Assembly (NCBI RefSeq): GCF_006345805.1 | Contig: NC_043006.1 | Coordinates: forward strand, 56,730,001-56,794,000 | Reading direction: 5' to 3' | DNA from: Octopus sinensis | Taxonomy: Eukaryota | DNA: 64,000 nt | Part shown: positions 55,172 through 64,000 of the stretch, piece after piece | Layout of the letters: each line of letters opens with the position of its first letter | Position numbering within the stretch: position 1 is the stretch's first letter | Made by a program: the position numbers and the translations under genes | The notes under the pieces: model-generated | Databases searched by the model: none | What the model was told of the DNA's origin: nothing | The model's input: the letters and a program-made list of their open reading frames with translations, nothing else

Positions 55172-55937
55172 CTGAGAAGAAAAAAAAAGAAAAATATAAG
55201 GCGAAAATGCAATAAAAAGAAAAGATATTTAATTAATTTTCAATCAACTTGGAAAATAAAACTAGTAAGACATTTCATTCGTAGAATAACTATATTTATA
55301 TTTACTTATTTAGGTAAATAAATAATTCAATGCGTTAAATATTTTTTACATAAACAAGTATAATGGGTTCACCTACATGTCCGTTTGGGTGTAATCGATA
55401 CCAATCTTCGAGCACTTTTATAAGTAGGTAACATCAGGCTTGGTCTTGCACATGCGCACTTGTTAGATATTTCACGCTTCAAAGTATTTCAAAAAGAACT
55501 TTCGACAAGTTGTATTTTATATGCTTGGTATCTCACCGAAACCGGAGAACCATAGCGAACATAATCGACATTTTATGCTTTTTTTATTCTAAAATAAGGC
55601 AAGAAAATGGCGGAAACTTGCGGTAAGACAGACGCTGTGTATGGACAGAATCTTGTTACGGGACGTGTGTACCACTTTTCAGCACTAAATTAGTGTATTT
55701 ATTTTTGCATTCAAAGGCTGTCTGCACTGATCCCAAGCCTCTGCCTCTACCTCTTCTTATGTGTGTCAGATGAATTGTATTTTAGATTGTGATAAATAAT
55801 TAATAATTATAATGAAAATATTAAAAAATTGAAATAATTATGTCAGACAAATTTACATGCTCCATGAAAATATATAACTACGGTAAATGTGTGTGTGTGT
55901 TTGTGTGTTTGTGTGTGTACAGAAAGCAAGTACTCAC

Positions 55938-55969
55938 CTTAATCCGTGCGAACAAAGAGAGAGTTTCAT
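55938..55969 (-). CDS. GCNT: GCNT-family glycosyltransferase, right copy, putative first coding micro-exon (MKLSLCSHGL-S)
   Basis: ATG at 55969, 32 nt, then a strong AAG|GTGAGT donor. Its phase 2 matches the next exon's acceptor, and total CDS is 1305 nt (434 aa). The next exon has no in-frame ATG. Confidence 0.55.
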
Positions 55970-56854
55970 TGTGATGAAAATACCTTATGCGATTTTTACC
56001 TGCAAGCAGAGAAGACTTAAAGTATCAATTTATAAAAGTGAAAAAAACTTAGGCAAATAATTTTGATTTATGGAAACCTAAGCAATTATTTTTAATTACC
56101 TGACTGACGAGTGATACGGCTTCCCATTTAAACTTCTGTATTTTATAGGGGTTTTTTTTACTCCAAAATGGGGCTTAACTTCAAGAGGAATCTTATCTCC
56201 AGGGGCTTTAATTTTGCTCAGATTGTTTTCAAATTTGATGTATCGATGTAGTTCTGAATGGTGCTTACGCTCAACTTATCTTGTAAGTTAAAAAATTTTA
56301 TGTTATTTTGAATTAAAGTTTGGAAAATTTGGATAATTTTAGCCAATCAACAGACAGCGAGGCATTAACAGCTAGTTCCCATGACAACTGCACATTGTGT
56401 TGATTCTTTACACTACGTGATTCACTTCACCCACACATCTTGTTTGTGTATATCACTGTTACTTTTTTAATTTTTCTGGAAAATTTATATTTATCAATTA
56501 GGATTTTATTGTAGATATTTTTCGTCGAGTGGCTTAGTATTTTACCTATTTTTCATATATATTTTACTTATATTTCGTGAAGTTTTTCTGTGTTTACTGT
56601 TGCTTGGAATGACCGCATCCACTTTCAAGCCAGTTTATTCTATCACTCTAGAGGAGATTTTGAAAACGGAGATGGATGCAGTAAAATATTTGTAAGAAAA
56701 GGGTTTTATCCCTAAAAAAAAAAAAAAGAGGTGCAGTAAATCTAGGCACAGCATGAGTAAGAAAGTGAGGCGGACCGTTACCACACCCACTTCCGTTTTT
56801 TTTTCTACAGAAACCCCATTTACCCGTTTTTGGCTACGGAGATTCCGAATCTCT

Positions 56855-58570
56855 AAAAAAATTGGCATTTCAAAATTTCTTCCTTTTTTACTTTTTTCAG
56901 AATTAATTTTTTTTATCATTTAATTCTGTGAAATACATGGAAAAATACGGAGATTATGATTCTGAAAATAAATTTGTTTTTTATTTTTCAAAAAAAAAAA
57001 ATAATAATTAACACCACCCCATCCCACCCCTCGCGAATGTACGGCATATACAGGATGTTTTAAAACACTTTCGGTCATTGCGGATGGGTGGAGGTTTTCC
57101 AACCCACGCATTAAACAGGCCTTCTTTCTACATGCTAGGAATAACAGCCAAATCTCCGACGAACTCTACATACTTTATAGGTATTGCTACATAAGTGTCC
57201 CCCTCTCGACGAATTTGTTTCCTCATAACTTTCAGAAAAATGGATATTTTTTTAATAAAATTTTCTACATATATTCTTCATACGGTGTAGATTCCGATTA
57301 TATCGGAATTTTTTTGGAAAAAAGTTTCCGAACAGTGTGGAGAGGAGTTTCAAATAATTCTCATATTGGCTTTTTTTCTTTTGCACAATTTTCTGCATAT
57401 ATGTTTCAGATAGTGTAGGTTTTCATTATATAGGAATTTATTGGGGACAAAACATGCGATAAAATAACGAAAATACAGGAGACAGATGCGATAAAAAATT
57501 GAAAGAAATATATAAACCAATCTATTCACCTTTCTGCAAAGATATCTTTCAGAGAAATTTCCAGGGATAAAATGTGACAGAAAGTGAAATTAAAGTGTTC
57601 ATTTTTTTTTTATACAACTGAAAGTGATTTTTTTTCTAAAAAATGAAACTTGAAATTAAAAAAAATATATGAATCGCGCATTTCTGTGAGTTCAAAATCT
57701 ATATTGCTTAGCTATTTGAACAAGTAAATGATAAAACTTTCTATTGGAGTACTTCTTTTTGTCCAACTCGACACCACCCGATACGCTTGGAAAAAATTGG
57801 CATTTCAAAATTTCATTTCCCACCCCTCCAAATTTCTTCCTTTTTCACTTTTTTCAGAATTAATTTTTTTTATCTTTTACTTCTGTGAAATACATGGGAA
57901 AATACGGAGATTATGATTCTGAAAATAAATTTGTTTTTTATTTTTCAATTAAAAAAAATAATAATTAACACCACCCCATCCCACCCCTCGCGAATGTACG
58001 GCATATACAGGTTGTTTTAAAACACTTTCGGTCATTGCGGATGGGTGGAGGTTTTCCAACCCTCGCATTAAACAGGCCTTCTTTCTACATGCTAGGAATA
58101 ACAGCCAAATCTCCGACGAACTCTACATACTTTATAGGTATTGCTACATAAGTGTCCCCCTCTCGCCGAATTTGTTTCCTCATAACTTTCAGAAAAATGG
58201 ATATTTTTTAAATAAAATTTTCTACATATATTCTTCATACGGTGTAGATTCCGATTATATCGGAATTTTTTTTGGAAAAAAATTTCCGAACAGTGTGGAG
58301 AGGAGTTTCAAATAATTCTCATATAGGCTTTTTTTCTTTTGCACAATTTTCTGCATATATGTTTCAGATAGTGTAGGTTTTCATTATATGGGAATTTATT
58401 GGGGACAAAAAATGCGATAAAATAACGAAAATACAGGAGACAGATGCGATAAAATAATGAAAGAAATATATAAACCAATCTATTCACCTTTCTGCAAAGA
58501 TATCTTTCAGAGAAATTTCCGGGGATAAAATGTGACAGAAAGGGAAATGAAAGTGTTCATTTTTTTTTTT
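56855..58570 (+). repeat. Tandem direct duplication of a ~760-bp AT-rich unit (56855-57611 and 57791-58570)
   Basis: Near-identical blocks, e.g. ACCACCCCATCCCACCCCTCGCGAATGTACGG in both. Confidence 0.92.
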
Positions 58571-58599
58571 GGTCATTGGTTATTGCTGATACGATGTGT

Positions 58600-59160
58600 A
58601 TGAATGAATACAGAACGAAAGAGTGAAGTAGTGGCTGGACTCCAGAGAATGTTCTTGAGCAAAGGCTATGACAAACCACTATTCGTGTGCTGCCAACATC
58701 ATACCTTGAACAGAATCCTGCACATTGTTATGGATGAGGAGCTAGCAGGTGCAAGCAATTTACCCAACACTGAATATTTTCTTGTCAAAGAACTCATGAC
58801 AAGTTACGAATAGTTCCAAGTCGCCTTCCAGAATGGAACTCATGTCATTGAAGATCAAGCTGGTTGTAGAGATGATATGGAGTTTCTGTTCCGCTTAACC
58901 CGTGCCTTCATGTTCTTCCATGAAATGGGAGACGTACCTTTTATCAAGTTTCAGAAAATTCCGAACATCAATGATCCCAGATGGAATTCGCGAGCAATCT
59001 TAGGCCTTCTTGGATTTTTCCTCATGCCACATGTGAGAGATTGCAGATGGTCTACCAGTACATCTGATAAGACTGGGCGGACCACTGGTTCAGTGACCAA
59101 GTGTATAGGTCTGAAGATTATGCAGAGCTACCGCAAGCCTTACCACCCTACAAGACTGCA
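58600..59160 (+). pseudogene. Unclassified DNA-transposase-like remnant
   Basis: CQHHTLNRIL...RDDMEFLF...KIPNINDPRWNSRAIL with an in-frame stop at 58811-58813; family not identified. Confidence 0.4.
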
Positions 59161-59594
59161 GTGAAATGCTTGGCAAATCACTATGTTTCAAACTCTCACA
59201 ACAGCAACAACAGATATGGTGGCCAATGTTTACTCACAAGATTATGCAGCAATACAAAACGGTGATGCAATACTTGCAATGTAATGGTTCCAAACAGGTG
59301 GTGAGAAAATAACGAGAAATTGGTAATTACTCATTTTGCCCCAGTTACTCTTTTACTCTTTTACTTGTTTCAGTCATGTGAGTGTGGTCATGCTGGAGCA
59401 CCGCCATTAGTCGAGAAAATCGACCCAAGGACTTTATTCTTTGTAAACCTAGCACTTATTCTATCGGTCTATTTTGCCAAACCGCTAAGTTACGGGGACG
59501 TAAATACACCGGCATCGGTTGTAAAGCGATGTTGGGGGACAAACACAGACACACAAACATATACAAACACAAACATATATATATATGCATATAT

Positions 59595-59757
59595 ACGACG
59601 GGCTTCTTTCAGTTTCCGTCTACCAAATCCCCTCACAAGGCTTTGGTCAGACCGAGACTACAGTAGAAGACCTTGCCTAAGGTGCCACGCAGTGTGACTG
59701 AACCCGGAACCATTTGGTTCGTAAGCAAGCTACTTACCACACAGCCACTCCTACGCC
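59595..59757 (-). mobile_element. tRNA-like-headed SINE, uninterrupted copy (empty target site at 59721-59735)
   Basis: Minus strand head GGAGTGGCTGTGTGGTAAGTAGCTTGCTTAC...GGTTCCGGGTTCAGTC. Confidence 0.85.
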
Positions 59758-60214
59758 TATGTTACCATTTTGCCCCATTCCCTTATAGTAATTTCGAGTA
59801 TTTGACAAAATGGTTAAAAATACTGAGAGAAAAAAAAAAGAAAGAAAGAAAAAGATTCAATTTAACGAAAAAAGTTAACGTAAGTGCAATAATTCTAAAG
59901 CCGAAAAAATGCTTTGAGATGTTGAGGTGTACTTTTATAATTACAAATAAATTCAAAACTTATATTTTGGAACATATTGATTACTTACTTGCTCTTTCGT
60001 AAAACAAGACCAGTTTTCAACGCCTCACTGAAATAATGAAGTTTACGTGTTTACGAGTAGCAATATTTGTTTGGAGGGGGCTGCGCGCGCGCTTTTAACT
60101 GCAAGCGGTTAATCTAAGGTCATCGTTAAGTTATGCGTTGATGAGAGGACTTTGAACAAGAAACAATCAATAGCTTCTTTGCATTAATCTTTTTATCCCC
60201 CTTTATATACATTC

Positions 60215-60270
<56 letters not shown>

Positions 60271-60761
60271 ACATAAACACATACACAAACACAAACACAC
60301 ACAAGCACACACGCATACTCTCACAGATACATTTTAAAGACAGTTTTGTCGTTTTTCTTTCCTCTGTCGTTGTTCCATAAACAGCTACAATTAATTTCCA
60401 ATAGAATTGCAGCCGCTTTTGGGACTGGGTAGCAAACCACTTTTTATCTGAGTGAATTTGCTTCGCTAATGTGAAGAAATCTATTGTTATTTATCAAAGA
60501 AGAGGATCCATTACATTTCTTAAGATATGTTTATACATTGAAAGAGATCCTCTGCATGCAAGATTGCTAGGAAGTGGGACCTCCCTCTATTGAGTTTCCC
60601 AAACCCTTCAAAGCAGGTCGTCCGATATCGAAGGCACCCGAGCCAATTGTTGTGACTTGTCAGACAGTACAAACCCGCGGTACACTCAATATCTTCAATC
60701 TACAACATCACAATATTGGATATTGTGGGACGTCTTCAATAATAATAATAATAATAATAAT

Positions 60762-61101
60762 GATAAGAATATCAAATGATATGAATGTTGTGAGTAAAAA
60801 AGGTTGAAAAAATCATCAAGTACTCCGAATTGAAAGTGGAAGTGGCAAGACTGTATGAAATGCGAGAAGGTAATGTAAAAGTGATACCAGTGGTGATCGG
60901 AGCGTTAGGCTCAATCCCATTGAAACTTCAAGACTTCTTAAGGCAACTGAAAATCCCATGCAAGATTGATATCTTGCAAAAAGCAGCCTTATTAAGCACA
61001 GAACACATCTTAAGATAAGTACTATTTGTCTGAGGTCTTTGTTGTTACTTGACAGATGACTAAAGACTCTGGTGCATTTTTATCTACACTGCGTTACGAA
61101 G

Positions 61102-61102
<1 letters not shown>
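60762..61102 (+). mobile_element. R4/Dong-like non-LTR 3' fragment 1, between (AAT)n tracts
   Basis: VIPVVIGALGSIP...LQKAALLSTEHILR, an RLE C-terminus. Confidence 0.75.
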
Positions 61103-61163
<61 letters not shown>

Positions 61164-61166
<3 letters not shown>

Positions 61167-61978
61167 TTAGCTGCTCAAGACCAAAGCTTATTAACCCGGA
61201 ACTACCAAGCCAATGTGATAAAAAATGGAGCTGACCCAAAATGCAGATTCTGTAACTATGAGATTGAAACAATAGACCACCTAATCTGCACCTGCAGAAT
61301 ATAAAGCAAGACATGACAGAGTCGGCCAGTATTTACATTGGACAATATGTCGGTATTATAAAATCAAAACCGCTGACAAATGGTATAAACACCATCCTGA
61401 AGCTGTGACTGAGAGAGAAAATGTGTCGATTCTATGGGACTTTCCCGTACAGACCGACAAGACTATAAAAGCTAATAAACCGATATTATTATAAAAGATC
61501 AGACAAAAACGATGTGTTTATTAATTGACATGAGTATCCATTGCGATCACAATATAGCGGCGAAAGAATTTGACAAGATTAGTAAATATAAAGTTGTATT
61601 GGCCATTGCCTTTCTCTTGGACAGAAATTGAAAAAATGTGGCATCTCAAGGCGACTACAGTACAAGTGATTGTAGGATCTCTAGGAATGATAAAAAAAGG
61701 TACTGAAACCTATTTGAAAATGATTCCAGGCTTACCATCCCTACATGAAGTGCAAAAAATCGTATTTACTGGAACGGCTCATGTACTGAGAAGAGCATTA
61801 TCGCTGTGAAAACAACATCCATCCATGAATCTATTTATTTATTAATTTTTAAATACATATTTTATCTGTGAATTTGCGTGTGTAATCTGGGAATACATAC
61901 AATGAGCTTCTCTATCCTAGGTGTATGGAAAACACTCGGCGAGAAACGGAAGAAAATTTGAAGGAAGAAGGAAAAAGC
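61164..61978 (+). mobile_element. R4/Dong-like non-LTR 3' fragment 2, between (AAT)n tracts
   Basis: AAQDQSLLTRNYQ...CRFC..E.IDHL, RHDRV, WDF.VQTD...NKPD, RLE motifs; frameshifted. Confidence 0.85.
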
Positions 61979-61993
61979 ATAATAATAATAATG

Positions 61994-62060
<67 letters not shown>

Positions 62061-62224
62061 TAATAATAATAGTAATTCATTCTACTTGAAACATAAGGCC
62101 TCAAATTTGATGGAATGGATTAAGTCGATTACATCGACTCCAGTGCGTAACTGGTACTTATTTAACCGACCCCGATTGACAAAGTCGACCTCGGCGGAAA
62201 TAATAATGATAAAAGGGTAAAGGA

Positions 62225-62557
62225 TAAAAAAACCCTATCGATCACGAATGACCATGAGATTATGCCGAGAAAGTTCTCCTCCGTGGCACAAGTCCGGCCA
62301 AGGTTATTTTGTGGAAGACCAGCTGTCACCTATGCATATCAGCCTCCTCTCTCCACACCACTCATGCTGTCCAAGAGAAAGGCAATGGCCAATACAACTT
62401 GGCACCAGTGACACCGCAACTCATTTCTACAACTGAGTGAACTGGAGCAACGTGATTTAAAGCATCTTGCTCAAAAACACAACGCACAGCCCGGTCCACG
62501 AATCAAGCTCACAACCTCGCGACTATGAGCCGACGATCTACCCACTGAGCCATGCGC
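62225..62557 (-). mobile_element. SINE of a third family with a tRNA-like head
   Basis: Minus strand begins GCGCATGGCTCAGTGGGTAG...GAGGTTGTGAGCTTGATTC (A/B-box-like). Confidence 0.65.
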
Positions 62558-62558
62558 A

Positions 62559-63078
62559 AAATATGAAAACTATGAAGTGAAAGTAGTAGTGTATCACACA
62601 GATGATGAGGGTGTGAATTATTATTACATCAAATGGAAAGGCTGGAGTAGTGAATTCAATACATGGGAACCTGAATCTAACCTGGAATGTCACGCATTGA
62701 TCGACGAGTACCACAGGAAAACAGCAACTTTGAAGTTAAGCAAAAGATCCGCGTGGAAGGGCTTTTCGACAAACCGTTCCGATCTCTTGTCCTCGAACGG
62801 ATCACATCGATGCAGATTATGTTGCCAACCACGTTGAAGCACGGCGGAGCGAGCAACATCATCAAAGGGCCATGATGTATAAAGATCGCAAACCGAGGCG
62901 CATTTGACACAATAACTATAGCACCAAGAGCAAACTCTATAAATAGACAAAGCACGTGATGCTGATGGCTCTTAAGGGAATGGCAGGACAAGTCTATGTT
63001 GATCCTTCGTCCATATCCGTTAAGAACTAAGTCGATCTGGAAGGACCAAACGATAAATTTGGATACATTAATGACTAT
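62559..63078 (+). pseudogene. SUV39H: SUV39H/Su(var)3-9-like pseudogene fragment (chromodomain to pre-SET border)
   Basis: NYEV...YYYIKWKGWSSEFNTWEPESNLEC chromodomain and downstream ISVKN*VDLEGPNDKFGYINDY; stops and frameshifts. Confidence 0.75.
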
Positions 63079-63429
63079 AATAATAATAATAATAATTTCT
63101 TTACTACCCAGAACATAACGACAGACGAAATACGGCTACGCATTTCGACCAGCGTGCACATTCACACATCCCATTCTCAACACAACCATGCTAGTCGGAG
63201 AAAGAAAACGAGGAGGTCAGCAGTTTTAAAATATGGAACTGGAACCAGTGTTGAAGGTGCTGCGTTCCACAGACATCCTATTGAGCAGAAGGATGGACCC
63301 GTTTGTCAACTGATTTTGCAAACTAAATTAAATGGGAGGAATGAACATAATTTCATGTGCAAGTGTCTTCTTGAAATATGTGGCAGTAGTACTACAATAA
63401 CTACCCTAAAGTCCAACCCCTCCTCAAAG

Positions 63430-63880
63430 CGGTAGGGTGATGTAAACGGGCAGTGTCAGAGCTATGCCGTCGGGAACGTCGGTTCCTAGTAGGGCCACCC
63501 AAGGCGGATTGGTCTGGCACCGAGCGGTATTAGGTCCGCAGCCTGGCCAACGAGGCTCTGGTGAAAATTCCAAGAGGCGTCTGATCGGCAACCGGCGGCT
63601 CGAGGTCGTTCTGAACCTGTGTCTTTGGAGACAGGGCGTCCCGTCACTCGGGATATGCATGCGGGATGTCGGGGACCGCTTGTGAATTCAATATTCCCAC
63701 GAAACTTCTTCTATGAATCCTATGGAACCGCGAATGGCTCGCTATCTCCAGTGACCTCGCACAGGACCGTCGAGCGTGTGTCACCATGGTTCGTGATGCC
63801 GTCAGGACCAGAGAAGAAGCCGGCTCAACCCACCCTGGGTGAACACCGTCACAAGTAAAAGTACAAGTAAGTACAAGTAA
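63430..63880 (+). mobile_element. RTE-like LINE 3' end with (CAAGTA)n-like tail
   Basis: LAQDRRACVTMVRDAV motif followed by CAAGTAAAAGTACAAGTAAGTACAAGTAAG. Confidence 0.6.
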
Positions 63881-63958
63881 GAAAAGCGACCTGAAACGGA
63901 GGCCTTGAAAAGTGCAGCAATGGAACAAGCATTAAGAACTAGTTACTTCAAGCACAAA

Positions 63959-64000
<42 letters not shown>

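Noticed and set aside
59700-59757. tRNA gene
   Set aside because: Only A/B-box-like motifs of a SINE head; no complete cloverleaf, and it is followed by SINE body.

Overview
AT-rich, repeat-dense animal genomic DNA. The SINE families look like those of octopus/cephalopod genomes (inference from repeat content only). The one host gene I can support is a GT14 core-2/I-branching beta-1,6-N-acetylglucosaminyltransferase (GCNT family). A complete 5-exon copy (1305 nt, 434 aa) lies on the minus strand at 36600-55969. A second copy, missing its 5' exons in this window, lies on the plus strand at 7593-13022. The two copies sit in the arms of a large inverted duplication (1-13730 vs 35859-54219) that may be real or a haplotig artefact joined across a 100-N gap. 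The spacer holds a ~4.7 kb degenerate (TTAGGG)n array, a minimal hammerhead ribozyme next to a Penelope-like RT/GIY-YIG element, and a ~3.9 kb (CA/TA) array. It also holds the most unusual feature: two tandem ORF1-only (HAL1-like, L1/Tx1-type) retroelements inserted at the same ~15-bp site in a tRNA-like SINE head. Other content includes a nested non-autonomous LTR element, foldback MITEs, R4/Dong-like fragments in (TAA)n, CRE and RTE remnants, and a SUV39H-like pseudogene fragment. All family assignments come from motif recognition by eye; no database searches were run.
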